Shown: positions 43,972 to 53,253 of the stretch, piece after piece | Layout of the letters: every line of letters starts with the position of its first letter | How positions within the stretch are numbered: the stretch's first letter is position 1 | Sequence record: OL631481.1 | Source of the DNA: Escherichia phage ECML-183-2 | Length of the DNA stretch: 64,000 nt | Reading direction: 5' to 3' (one strand) | Notes under the pieces: generated by a model | Seen by the model: the letters and a program-made list of their open reading frames with translations, nothing else | Databases searched by the model: none | What the model was told of the DNA's origin: nothing | Translations under genes and position numbers: made by a program

Positions 43972-44628
43972 ATGACTATTAAACATATCTCTTTTGATGT
44001 ATGGAACACACTGATCACAGCAAACTCCAATTACGCAGACATGCGAGCCTGGACTATCGCAAAATATGGAGATATTACGGAAGTGGAAGCAAGAGCAGCT
44101 TATAAGAAGATCAAAAAGGAACTGGATAATGCAGCACTTCAAGGCAAAGCCGAGTGTGCAGCATACGCTTGGGAAAGACTTGGTTCTGAACTTGGGATAA
44201 CGCCTTGGAAGTCTGCAAAACTTCGTTTCGAGTGTGAACAGTGGTTCCTTAAGTTTCCACCACACGTAGCCGTGGATCTGCCGATGTACTTGCTGTATCT
44301 TTCAGGGCGTTATGATTTGAGTATTAAGAGCAATACCAACTTCATATCAGGGGATATCCTGCGTCGTGCTTGTAAGTTTGATAGTTGGAATTGTTTTGAG
44401 TTCACCCATTTCTCGGATGAAGCTTTACTTTGTAAACCAGATCCGCGATTCTTTGCTCGCACGCTCACGTATTCTCCGATCCCTCTGTTAGGGCACGAAG
44501 TATTGCACGTAGGCGATAGTGAAGAATATGATGGAAAATGTGTTGACTTAGGATTTAACTTCTGTCATATTAAGAACCCTAACGACTTACTAGAGAAACT
44601 TAAAAGAGGAGAAATTGTAAATGCGTAA
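43972..44628 (+). CDS. HAD-superfamily hydrolase-like protein
   Basis: motif I-like ISFDVWNTLI, motif III KPDPRFF, motif IV HVGDSEEYDG. Confidence 0.55.
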   Translation: MTIKHISFDVWNTLITANSNYADMRAWTIAKYGDITEVEARAAYKKIKKELDNAALQGKAECAAYAWERLGSELGITPWKSAKLRFECEQWFLKFPPHVAVDLPMYLLYLSGRYDLSIKSNTNFISGDILRRACKFDSWNCFEFTHFSDEALLCKPDPRFFARTLTYSPIPLLGHEVLHVGDSEEYDGKCVDLGFNFCHIKNPNDLLEKLKRGEIVNA

Positions 44629-45448
44629 TCAAACTCAAATTTTTGCAAATAAATTTGATGACCTGGAAACTGCTACTTTTGATATCCAAGATTATTCAAA
44701 ATTGAAATTTGGTAGTAACCAAGCTGCGCGTCGTATGGGTAAAGAATTGGCACTTCAGTTTTTTGCTCAAGTGGCAATGAAACATATTGGGGAACAATTT
44801 GTTATCATCCCTTCTCCTTATAACCATGTGCATAATGCTGCAACAATGATGACAGATCATTTTATTAATTACTTTAATATGTTGCAAGCACAATATGATC
44901 AAGGTCGTTCAGCAGAACTGGATATTATTCATCGTAAAGTTAGCTATATCAACGATTATGGTTTCTTGGATAAAGCTAGTCGTAAGAAACTTATTGATGG
45001 GGATACATTCTACTGCAACAAAGAATTCTGGGGTGATAAGAAGCTTGTGTTCATTGATGATGTAAATATCACCGGAACTCATGAAGACAAACTGATTGAG
45101 ATTCTTGATGAAAATCAAGTTAAAAATGATGTTTACTTCTTGTATTTTGCAAAATATGAAGGTAATCAAGCAGATACTGAAGCTAAACTGAATTTTAACT
45201 ACATCAATACACCAGAAGCGTTTGTTAAAATGATTAATGAAGAACGTGATGCACAGTGTCTTGTTCGTCCTATTAAGTATCTTATGGGCCAAAATCACGA
45301 AGACTTCAAAATCATTCTTAGCCAATTGCCACACTACTATGTAGAGCAACTTTTCTTCGGATGTTTGGGAGAAGGCTATAATCGAATTGCAAAGTATACT
45401 GAAAACTTTGAGTTCTTGGATCGCTACACAAAACAACATATTCTATAA
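44621..45448 (+). CDS. phosphoribosyltransferase (PRTase type I)-like protein
   Basis: KLVFIDDVNITGTH matches the PRPP-binding loop pattern of type I PRTases. Confidence 0.5.
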   Translation: MRNQTQIFANKFDDLETATFDIQDYSKLKFGSNQAARRMGKELALQFFAQVAMKHIGEQFVIIPSPYNHVHNAATMMTDHFINYFNMLQAQYDQGRSAELDIIHRKVSYINDYGFLDKASRKKLIDGDTFYCNKEFWGDKKLVFIDDVNITGTHEDKLIEILDENQVKNDVYFLYFAKYEGNQADTEAKLNFNYINTPEAFVKMINEERDAQCLVRPIKYLMGQNHEDFKIILSQLPHYYVEQLFFGCLGEGYNRIAKYTENFEFLDRYTKQHIL

Positions 45449-45457
45449 GGAGGAAAA

Positions 45458-45940
45458 ATGTTGAAGGTTGTTACTGGGAATCTGATCGATGCAGCGAAGA
45501 ATGGGGAAGTGAACGTTATAGCCCACTGTTGTAACTGTATGTGTAATATGGGTGCAGGGATTGCTCCGCAAATTAAACGAGCATTTCCTTATGCATATGC
45601 AGCCGACTTGGACACATCCGCAGGTGATCAAAGTAAGCTGGGTTCTTTTAGTTTAGGTGTGCCGGAGGAGGTGTCTGGCCCACTGGTTTATAACCTATAC
45701 GGACAGTACCGTTACGGGTATAACGGTAAAGGTCGTCAGTTGGACTATGATGCGCTGTATGATGCTCTTGAGGCTATGGCAAAGGATCTCCACAAATGGG
45801 TGAACACATCTGCCGAACATAAGATTGGTTTACCTATGATCGGAGCAGGGTTGGCAGGAGGTAATTGGGCTATCATCGAAGTGATGATTGAAGAAACTTT
45901 AGTAAAAGCAGGTCACGATGTGACTATTTATAAACTTTAA
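45458..45940 (+). CDS. macro-domain protein (ADP-ribose binding/processing)
   Basis: VNVIAHCCNCMCNMGAGIA and IGLPMIGAGLAGGNW resemble macro-domain ligand-binding loops. Confidence 0.65.
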   Translation: MLKVVTGNLIDAAKNGEVNVIAHCCNCMCNMGAGIAPQIKRAFPYAYAADLDTSAGDQSKLGSFSLGVPEEVSGPLVYNLYGQYRYGYNGKGRQLDYDALYDALEAMAKDLHKWVNTSAEHKIGLPMIGAGLAGGNWAIIEVMIEETLVKAGHDVTIYKL

Positions 45941-45952
45941 GAGGAGATTAGT

Positions 45953-46174
45953 ATGGGTGTTTTTGCAGGTATTGTTGCAGTGGTAAGCTTTTTTGTTATT
46001 GCTTTTATGCTTAGTTTGATTCCAGCTTGGTTACTGTTGCTGGCTTACAACTATGTTGCTGAAGTTATGGGTCATGCAGATATCACTGTCCCAGTAACCT
46101 TCTGGACCGTGGTTTGTGTTTCGTTTATTCTGGCGGTATTACGAGGAATCTTTTCCTCTCATTCAACAAAATAA
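45953..46174 (+). CDS. small membrane protein (73 aa, two TM helices)
   Basis: AAGAGGAGA RBS; hydrophobic. Confidence 0.5.
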   Translation: MGVFAGIVAVVSFFVIAFMLSLIPAWLLLLAYNYVAEVMGHADITVPVTFWTVVCVSFILAVLRGIFSSHSTK

Positions 46175-46177
46175 GTG

Positions 46178-46236
46178 TTGACATAGTTCTTAAAAAGAGT
46201 AAGATATATCACATGAAGCGGGGAATAGTTCCCCGC
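46178..46236 (+). promoter_or_regulatory. promoter plus leader-hairpin cassette (plus-strand copy) in front of TerC gene
   Basis: TTGACA-N16-TAAGAT, atatcACATGAAG, hairpin GCGGGGAATAGTTCCCCGC; same architecture as minus-strand array. Confidence 0.6.
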
Positions 46237-46253
46237 AAAGAGAGGAGAAAAGA

Positions 46254-47228
46254 ATGCAACTTGGTTTCCCAATTATCGATGTAGTTGTTTTAGTTGGTAT
46301 TTTGGCATTGTCTATTGGTATCGATTTCTTTGGTCATAAAGAGAATAAAGAAATTGGAATTAAATCTGCTTTGCTTTGGTCTGTTTTTTGGATTGCTTTA
46401 GCTTTAGGATATTACGCATTCATTTGGGTAGAACATGGTAAAGAGTTTGCCGCGCTTTTCCTAAGTGGCTATGTGTTGGAAAAGAGTCTTTCTGTAGATA
46501 ACCTAATGGTGTTCATGGCAATTTTTGCAAGCTTTGGAATTAAGAGCACACATCTCCAACATAAGATTTTACTTTGGGGTATTGCAGGTGCCATTGTCTT
46601 CCGAGGTGTTTTTGTTGCAGCAGGGACAGCTTTGTTTAACCTGCATTGGTCGGTCCAAGTGTTGTTCGGTTTGATTGTAGCTTGGTCTGCCGTTGCTATT
46701 ATCAAAGGTGGTGACGAAGAAGAGGATATTGATTACTCTAAGCATTGGGCTGTTCGTTTAGTAGGTAAAGTTCTGCCTGTTCACAATGCACTGGATGGGG
46801 AAAAGTTCATCACCATTAAGAATGGTATTAAATATGCAACTCCTGCTCTTCTTTGTGTGTTTGTTATCGAGCTTACAGATATTGTCTTCTCTTTTGATTC
46901 AGTTCCGGCTGTGATCGGTGTGACACAAGAACCTCTGCTAGTTTATTCTGCAATGCTGATGGCTGTTCTTGGTTTACGTGCACTTTTCTTTGTGTTAAGT
47001 GTAGCTGTGAAATATCTGGTTCACTTAGAGAAAGCTGTTGCTGTGGTTCTGGTGTTTGTTGGTGCTAAACTTATGTATCACCCGTTCGGTGAAACACTTC
47101 ATGCCAAGTGGTCATTCCTCCCGCATGATATTTCCCCTAACGTAAGTCTGATGATTGTTCTAGGCACATTAGCTCTTGGTGTTATTGCAAGCTTTATCTT
47201 CCCTGAAAAAGAAGAAGCTGCTGTTTAA
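46254..47228 (+). CDS. TerC-family integral membrane protein
   Basis: multiple TM helices; EKSLSVDN and ELTDIVFSFDSVPAV motifs. Confidence 0.75.
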   Translation: MQLGFPIIDVVVLVGILALSIGIDFFGHKENKEIGIKSALLWSVFWIALALGYYAFIWVEHGKEFAALFLSGYVLEKSLSVDNLMVFMAIFASFGIKSTHLQHKILLWGIAGAIVFRGVFVAAGTALFNLHWSVQVLFGLIVAWSAVAIIKGGDEEEDIDYSKHWAVRLVGKVLPVHNALDGEKFITIKNGIKYATPALLCVFVIELTDIVFSFDSVPAVIGVTQEPLLVYSAMLMAVLGLRALFFVLSVAVKYLVHLEKAVAVVLVFVGAKLMYHPFGETLHAKWSFLPHDISPNVSLMIVLGTLALGVIASFIFPEKEEAAV

Positions 47229-47234
47229 TAGATG

Positions 47235-47259
47235 AGCCTCCTTCGGGAGGCTATTTTAT
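47235..47259 (+). terminator. rho-independent terminator
   Basis: AGCCTCC-ttcg-GGAGGCT hairpin followed by ATTTTAT. Confidence 0.6.
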
Positions 47260-47270
47260 AGGAGAGACTT

Positions 47271-47621
47271 ATGAATAATTTTGATGAAATTCAAGAACTT
47301 GTTTGGGATTTATCTGGTGATGTGGATTACGTTTTAGATTATCTTTCAAAAGTTTACCCTGGGGTAAGCGTTATGATCGTGACCAAAGATCCAATTAATT
47401 TGCCTCCTAATGTTGTAGCTTGTTGTGGAAGTGGTTCAGGAGAAGTAGAGCCTGTATCTCGTTGGGAATTAACTAAAGCTGTTTCAAAACGAAACGGTGA
47501 AGTTTTGAATATTGATATCGAACAAATATGGACTTCTCCAGCAGCCAAATGGAACGATCCAAATGGTTGGGATTTGTTCTTCTGGGATAATGAAACTGAT
47601 GATGAGGTATTTTTAAAATGA
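47271..47621 (+). CDS. hypothetical protein (116 aa)
   Basis: AGGAGAGA RBS. Confidence 0.5.
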   Translation: MNNFDEIQELVWDLSGDVDYVLDYLSKVYPGVSVMIVTKDPINLPPNVVACCGSGSGEVEPVSRWELTKAVSKRNGEVLNIDIEQIWTSPAAKWNDPNGWDLFFWDNETDDEVFLK

Positions 47622-47863
47622 AATACTTGTTGGTTGTGTTTGAAAATATCTGTTTTGCAATAGGGTTGTTTGTTGTAATTTTTGTATTGACAAGCGTAAT
47701 CAACGGCAGTAAAGTGAGTTTATACCGAGATGGAGAGCAACTTTATTGCTTCTCTGGAGATTTCAAACACAGATGTATTAATAGCCAAAACGAGGAAAGC
47801 AAATATGAAAAAACTAGCCCTGATTTTAATTGGTTGTATCTTTTTAACAGCTTGCGAGGATGA
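47618..47863 (+). CDS. small membrane protein (81 aa), overlaps next gene
   Basis: N-terminal TM helix; weak RBS; 59-nt overlap with lipoprotein gene. Confidence 0.3.
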   Translation: MKYLLVVFENICFAIGLFVVIFVLTSVINGSKVSLYRDGEQLYCFSGDFKHRCINSQNEESKYEKTSPDFNWLYLFNSLRG

Positions 47864-48242
47864 AACAAATCCTGCACAATACCAACAACCTCCTCAACAA
47901 TACGCTCAACAAGGATCTGACGGAGATACAACTATTATCAACAATGGTGGCGGTTCTAGTAGTAGCGGTGTTGGTGAGTTTGCTACAGGTATGTTGTTAG
48001 GGCATATGATGAGTGGCGGTAGTAATCGTAGCAGTGGGGATTATAACGATAACAGAACGATTATTAATAAGCATTATAATACACCTAAACCGAAAACTAA
48101 TTTTTATAGTAAGCCTAAACAAGAGATAAAAACTTATGAAAAGCCGAGACAAACTTTTAAAACAAATAGTAGCTATACAACTCGTAAATCTTACAATAGC
48201 CCTTTAAGTAAAAAGAGTTCATCTCGTAGCAAGCGACGTTAA
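47805..48242 (+). CDS. lipoprotein, low-complexity Q/S/G-rich with basic C-terminus
   Basis: MKKLALILIGCIFLTAC signal peptide with lipobox LTAC; GAGGAAAG RBS. Confidence 0.6.
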   Translation: MKKLALILIGCIFLTACEDETNPAQYQQPPQQYAQQGSDGDTTIINNGGGSSSSGVGEFATGMLLGHMMSGGSNRSSGDYNDNRTIINKHYNTPKPKTNFYSKPKQEIKTYEKPRQTFKTNSSYTTRKSYNSPLSKKSSSRSKRR

Positions 48243-48256
48243 TAAGGAGAAAAACA

Positions 48257-48850
48257 ATGACAATTTCTATTCGTACTTCCATTACAGGTGTTAAAAGTTT
48301 GCCTAATGCTTTGCAAATCACACGTGCTTTGAGGGATACGTTCTCTGCTGTGGATGAGCATAAGATGCTCGATAATCTCTCAAATTGGCCCTATTTTCAT
48401 TATTTTAAAAATGAAGACGACGAGTTTATAGACGCTGTTTCTTACGGTTATGATTTCGGTAAGGAGGTTTCTCCTGAAGAATTTGTAGCTACGGTATTTC
48501 CAAACGGTTTGCCTACTCGCAGTAAACGTAAAAAAGGACCAAAAAACAAGAAACGTGCTACTAATAAAGCTACCATTTTCTTTACTGATGGCACACAATA
48601 TACGATTAAAGATTTTGAAGAGGTATCTTATACAGCAGGTGGGAGTCTTTCTTTCTACACCATCAAAAAACAAAACTATACGTTCAGCCATGTTTCTAAC
48701 ATGATTGAAATGTTAGTAGAAGATATTGAAAGCGTGGCTGTGTTAGGTATGCATAAAAGCTTTTTAATTACAAATATTTCAGATTTCAGTGCAAGTTTAT
48801 CTGGCCCTGATTTTGAAGCCACGACCACGTATTTCGCTTTTAAGGTGTAA
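48257..48850 (+). CDS. hypothetical protein (197 aa)
   Basis: AAGGAGAAA RBS. Confidence 0.5.
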   Translation: MTISIRTSITGVKSLPNALQITRALRDTFSAVDEHKMLDNLSNWPYFHYFKNEDDEFIDAVSYGYDFGKEVSPEEFVATVFPNGLPTRSKRKKGPKNKKRATNKATIFFTDGTQYTIKDFEEVSYTAGGSLSFYTIKKQNYTFSHVSNMIEMLVEDIESVAVLGMHKSFLITNISDFSASLSGPDFEATTTYFAFKV

Positions 48851-48853
48851 GTT

Positions 48854-49444
48854 ATGCATACCGAGAGAGACTTGCAACTCTTGTGGTGGGAAGTGATGCA
48901 GGAAATAAAAGAAGATTTTCCTGTTTACTACAACATGTTACGTGAAGCAGGATATAAAGCTTGTGTTAGAAACAAAGTTAATAACTCTTTCGGTTGGTGC
49001 AACTACCGAGATAAAATTGTTGTTGTAAATTGGCACTTGCATAAGAACTCTACAAGAGATATGATCGTGGATACAATGAAGCACGAAATTGCTCATGCTA
49101 TTGATGGTTGTATGGGTAAGTTTAGTCGGCACGGTGCTCATTGGCAAAAACTGGCAGCAGAATTAGGAGCTAATCCTAAAGCCACTTCCAAAGAGCCGTT
49201 GAACCACGAATATAAATATGTTCTTGTTCTGGTAGATAGGTTTGCGACAAGATGTGTTAGAGGTTATAATCGTAAACCTAATCGCATGTACCCAGGCAAG
49301 CAACCTAACATGTGGTTGAAATCAGATAAAGAAGGAACTGAAGGAAAATTATGGTTGTATAAATGGGATGATTGGGTTAAAGTAGCTAAAGAGTACGGTG
49401 TTTCACCATATATAAGAGATGCAGAAGAGGAGAATGAAGAATGA
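48854..49444 (+). CDS. SprT-like zinc metallopeptidase-domain protein
   Basis: HEIAHAI HExxH motif followed by GAHWQKL. Confidence 0.55.
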   Translation: MHTERDLQLLWWEVMQEIKEDFPVYYNMLREAGYKACVRNKVNNSFGWCNYRDKIVVVNWHLHKNSTRDMIVDTMKHEIAHAIDGCMGKFSRHGAHWQKLAAELGANPKATSKEPLNHEYKYVLVLVDRFATRCVRGYNRKPNRMYPGKQPNMWLKSDKEGTEGKLWLYKWDDWVKVAKEYGVSPYIRDAEEENEE

Positions 49445-50553
49445 CAAGTCCATTTTTAAAAGCAGCTACTGGTGGTCAGAAGAAGTCTGAAATGAGTGTA
49501 TTCGCTGCAACAACAGATGCAAGTAAATCTGTATTTGCTCCAAGTGTGTTAGATGCCAGTCCTGTTTATGCACCAGCAGCACCGCAAGAAGTTCCAGTTT
49601 TACCTTCTATGACCCGACAAGAGATCGAAGAGATTGGGGCAGAGGCAGGCACAACCTTGCGTTCCTTGAATGCCGAGGTATTAAAACATCAACGTAGTAA
49701 TCAAGGCGATCAGATGAGTGAACGACTCACAGCTTTGATTAAACAGGCAAAACAACTTGATCCAAACTCTATTAAACAAAGCAAAGGTATTACTAAACTC
49801 ATTAAAAAAGTTATGGGTATGAAAGAAGACCTGTTTGGGGAGTTTGATAATGTTAATAACCGTATTGAAGAGTTGGTAAAGAACCTTCAAATGGATATTC
49901 GCAAAGAAGAAGATTCCTTGGTATATCTTGAAAAACTACATCAAGCTATTGGACAATATGCTGCAAGTTTGAACCGAGATATGCAGCTTCTAACAGCAAC
50001 CTATGAAAAAGAAGAACAAGCTTTAGCTGCTCTTCCAGAAGATGCAGTAGAACAGCGACAAGTGATCCGAGACACTTTGGATCTTCTGGAGATTCGTATT
50101 GCAGATTTAAAGGCATTGCGTCTACTGTGTGTCCAAATGGGACCGCGTGTACAAGGTATGCAAAAAGTTTCTGCAAGCTTAATGCGATCTGCGCGTAACA
50201 TAGTAAATAATGTTATTCCTGCTTACTCTGCTAACTTCTCAATGTATATTGAAAGCTTACGTCAAATGAAAGCCGCAGAGACGCAGAATAACGTTCTTGA
50301 TGAATTTAACCTGGCAATTAAACTGGGTAGCGATCTTGCCACACAGAATCAGATCGAAGCAGCAGCCCTGGCTAACCGTCAAGTGCTCGATATTGAAACT
50401 CTGCGTCACGATCAGGAAAACTTGGTTAAAATGTTGGAAGAAACTAACCGCATCAATACGGAAGCCCGTGCTGCTCGTGTTGATTATATTAATGAAGTTC
50501 AATCTCTGGAAGACGGGATGGTAGCTGCTGTGAAACGAGGGCTTGGTAAATGA
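49441..50553 (+). CDS. TelA-like (toxic anion resistance family) protein
   Basis: 370 aa, all-helical; conserved-looking RQVLDIETLR segment; neighbours TerC/TerD/vWA genes. Confidence 0.5.
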   Translation: MTSPFLKAATGGQKKSEMSVFAATTDASKSVFAPSVLDASPVYAPAAPQEVPVLPSMTRQEIEEIGAEAGTTLRSLNAEVLKHQRSNQGDQMSERLTALIKQAKQLDPNSIKQSKGITKLIKKVMGMKEDLFGEFDNVNNRIEELVKNLQMDIRKEEDSLVYLEKLHQAIGQYAASLNRDMQLLTATYEKEEQALAALPEDAVEQRQVIRDTLDLLEIRIADLKALRLLCVQMGPRVQGMQKVSASLMRSARNIVNNVIPAYSANFSMYIESLRQMKAAETQNNVLDEFNLAIKLGSDLATQNQIEAAALANRQVLDIETLRHDQENLVKMLEETNRINTEARAARVDYINEVQSLEDGMVAAVKRGLGK

Positions 50554-50744
50554 GAATCCGTATCTATATAATTGATGAAGACATTGGTGTCCGTTATGAT
50601 GACGAAAAACGATTCGCACCGATGGGAGGTATATATCCCCCAAGTGTTCTAGCAGTTTGTCGTGATTGTTATATTTATGAAGGTTGTCGTAACTTCCGTA
50701 AATTCCAACTCCTTGCAGATATTGACTTCAATGAGGAGGAGTAA
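50550..50744 (+). CDS. hypothetical Cys-containing protein (64 aa)
   Basis: ORF overlapping neighbours. Confidence 0.45.
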   Translation: MRIRIYIIDEDIGVRYDDEKRFAPMGGIYPPSVLAVCRDCYIYEGCRNFRKFQLLADIDFNEEE

Positions 50745-50917
50745 TGAAAATATTACGAGTGAATATTGAAACTGCTTGGTGTGGATGCAATGAGGTTGTG
50801 GATATCGAAATTGAAGATGATATGTCTCAAGAGGATATAGAAGATCTTGCGCACGAAACCTTTCAGGACTATTGTAATTACGGGTTCCATATTTTAGAGG
50901 AGGAAGAGGATGTTTAA
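50744..50917 (+). CDS. small acidic protein (57 aa)
   Basis: GAGGAGGAG RBS; below the track cutoff. Confidence 0.4.
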   Translation: MKILRVNIETAWCGCNEVVDIEIEDDMSQEDIEDLAHETFQDYCNYGFHILEEEEDV

Positions 50918-51113
50918 CTACGATAACGACCCTAATATTATCCAGTTAACCCGACAAGAACTGATCACAATCATTGAAGATGCTTTTATTGATGGCTGGA
51001 ATACACAAGACAATGATTGGGGTGGACCCGAAGCTTTTCTGGAACATCATAAAGCTTATGGAGAATTTTGTGAAACCACTGTAGCTCTTGATAATCTGAA
51101 GGAGGGTTTGTAA
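50910..51113 (+). CDS. hypothetical protein (67 aa)
   Basis: AGAGGAGGAAGAGG RBS. Confidence 0.5.
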   Translation: MFNYDNDPNIIQLTRQELITIIEDAFIDGWNTQDNDWGGPEAFLEHHKAYGEFCETTVALDNLKEGL

Positions 51114-51676
51114 TGGGTTGTTTTAGTTTTTTGTGCAAAGAATCGGGCAAAGCTGCCCTTTCTACTTCTTTCGACGGATCACCTTGCTACCTCTTTCTTT
51201 TGAAGGACGGTGTTGTTATTGAAGAGATGTATGGCAACTATGATAGTTATGGTTGTGTTTTCTCTGGGAAGGAGGATGAAAATGGTGTTCGTGAACGATT
51301 TGAATGGGCTATGGATTGGAGTAAGGTTTGTGATTTGATGCATTCCTCAAATCCAAGGGACGGTATCGCTATGGTGCTGGAAGAGTACTTTACAGGTGAA
51401 ATCCCTACAGAACAATCTGACGGAGATCCTAACCAAGGTTGGGGTGATGGTGAAGAAGATCCAGATTGTTTTTTCAGCACAGAAAAGAATAAGTTTAAAC
51501 GTGTTGACAACCCTTATCACAAAGTGCATAATACTCTCATTGAAACAGAAGATGACAAGATGGAAATTGAAGAAGATGATCCTCTTGTAACACTTCCTAT
51601 AAGTGAGTTACAAAAGATCACTAAGGAAGCTTACGATTTGGGCTTCAAAATTGGTAGAGGAGGTATGCGTGTTTAG
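51113..51676 (+). CDS. hypothetical acidic protein (187 aa)
   Basis: GAAGGAGGG RBS. Confidence 0.5.
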   Translation: MGCFSFLCKESGKAALSTSFDGSPCYLFLLKDGVVIEEMYGNYDSYGCVFSGKEDENGVRERFEWAMDWSKVCDLMHSSNPRDGIAMVLEEYFTGEIPTEQSDGDPNQGWGDGEEDPDCFFSTEKNKFKRVDNPYHKVHNTLIETEDDKMEIEEDDPLVTLPISELQKITKEAYDLGFKIGRGGMRV

Positions 51677-51947
51677 ATTCAATATTCAAGAAGAAAAAAG
51701 TCAGGATTTACCTATTGCTTTCGAAGATCTTGACGTAGGGGCCACATTTATGTATTATGATGCCTATGAAGACGCAGGGTTGGATACCTACCGTAACTTG
51801 GTGTTCATTAAAAATTCCACAAACAGTGCGATTTGTATTAATGGATCACTAGCACAACGAGGCTATACTCATTGCATCCCACCAGATACAAATATGGTGG
51901 AAGTAGATTTAGAAGTTACCAATATTACACTTAAGAAGGAGAAATAA
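51669..51947 (+). CDS. small paralog protein preceding vWA gene
   Basis: GTG start after AGAGGAGG; shares DLDVG.TF.Y..A..E.GLD motif with 52969-53238. Confidence 0.45.
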   Translation: MFRFNIQEEKSQDLPIAFEDLDVGATFMYYDAYEDAGLDTYRNLVFIKNSTNSAICINGSLAQRGYTHCIPPDTNMVEVDLEVTNITLKKEK

Positions 51948-51948
51948 T

Positions 51949-52743
51949 ATGTCCGAGAAAATCAGCCTGAAAAAACGTCAAGAAAACCTTGCTTTCTCTC
52001 TGAAAAAGAATAAGAACCTGAATGAAGGTAAGATTGTTCTTCGTGTAGCATGTGCTCTAGATATTTCTGGTAGTATGCACGGTCTATATTCTAGTGGGGT
52101 AGTGAGTGATTTTGTAGGTAAACTGCTTCCTTTTGGTATGCTGTTCGACGATAATCAACAAATTGATATGTGGGCCTTCAATACGAGTTCCCAAGAGCTT
52201 ACTCCAGCAACAGCAGACGTTTACGATGACTATGTTGGTAAATGTATGCGTAATGTTCGTATCGGAGGTGGAACAAATTACGCCCCTGTAATGGCAGATA
52301 TCTACGATGAGTATTTTGGCACTGTTACCAAATATATTACCACTAAACAAGTGGTACAAGAGGAGGCTCCAAAGAAAGGCTTCTTTAATCGTCTGCTTGG
52401 TAAAACTGAAACAGTGTCTGTAGAGCGTGAAAAAGTTGTAGCTGTATCTGAACCAGGTGCTGATGTTACCCCTGGTGTTGTATTCTTCCAGACGGATGGT
52501 GAGAATGGTGATCCTAGTGCTGTTCGTCGTCTTATTGAAGAGAATAAGAATAAACCTATTTATTGGTTCATGGTTGGCGTTGGTAATGAGAAGTTTGGCT
52601 TCCTGAAAGAACTGGCAAATGCTTATGATAATGTTGGTTTTATTGGCATTAAAGATTTAGACTTGACAGATTCAGAACTTTATGACAAACTCTTATCTGA
52701 GGAGTTCGGAGAGTGGGTTGTTAAAGTAGGTGCTAAAAAATGA
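51949..52743 (+). CDS. vWA-domain protein (TerY-like)
   Basis: MIDAS motif DISGSM; GGTNYAPVM; sits in ter-like cluster. Confidence 0.65.
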   Translation: MSEKISLKKRQENLAFSLKKNKNLNEGKIVLRVACALDISGSMHGLYSSGVVSDFVGKLLPFGMLFDDNQQIDMWAFNTSSQELTPATADVYDDYVGKCMRNVRIGGGTNYAPVMADIYDEYFGTVTKYITTKQVVQEEAPKKGFFNRLLGKTETVSVEREKVVAVSEPGADVTPGVVFFQTDGENGDPSAVRRLIEENKNKPIYWFMVGVGNEKFGFLKELANAYDNVGFIGIKDLDLTDSELYDKLLSEEFGEWVVKVGAKK

Positions 52744-52988
52744 TCGACGAGCTTGCCTCTCAAGTCGTAGAAAATTATTGGCGCGAGAGAGAAGCTTTCA
52801 TTATGCGCAGTCTCAAAGAGTATTTCATTGGGACTGTGCGAATGGAAGATATTGTAAGTAGAGTAGAGATTCATGTATGGCCCGATTATGAAGAATGGGT
52901 TGACAAAGAAAATGAAAATGCTATAATTCTTCGTATATACAAACCGGAGATAACATTAGGAGGAAGAAGTGTTAAACTTCGAAATTGA
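52740..52988 (+). CDS. hypothetical protein (82 aa)
   Basis: AGGTG RBS. Confidence 0.45.
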   Translation: MIDELASQVVENYWREREAFIMRSLKEYFIGTVRMEDIVSRVEIHVWPDYEEWVDKENENAIILRIYKPEITLGGRSVKLRN

Positions 52989-53238
52989 TGAGCAAAAAGT
53001 AAATAAACGATGCCTTACCATTAAAGATTTGGATGTAGGAGATACTTTCGTCTATGAAAATGCATTTGACGAAAATGGTTTAGACCTTAGTGAAATCATT
53101 GTTTATTTAAAAGTAGATGATGGGGAAAATGATTATTCTGCTGTAGAACTAAACCATCATGCACAATTAGTATCAATCCAAAACACATCTAAGCTTTTGG
53201 AAGTAGAATTGACTGTAACTGGTATTACACTTAAATAA
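52969..53238 (+). CDS. small paralog protein preceding TerD gene
   Basis: GTG start after AGGAGG; paralog of 51669-51947. Confidence 0.45.
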   Translation: MLNFEIDEQKVNKRCLTIKDLDVGDTFVYENAFDENGLDLSEIIVYLKVDDGENDYSAVELNHHAQLVSIQNTSKLLEVELTVTGITLK

Positions 53239-53253
53239 TAGAGGAGACAAAAG

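Noticed and set aside
44621-45448. NAD+ reconstitution pathway (ADPR-pyrophosphate synthetase plus nicotinamide transferase) as explanation for the PRTase-like gene
   Set aside because: No Nampt-like partner gene (no GSGGG-type motif in any large ORF) is present in the window, and the PRTase-like ORF is shorter than PRPP synthetases; the ter-linked interpretation fits the neighbourhood better. It cannot be excluded without a homology search.
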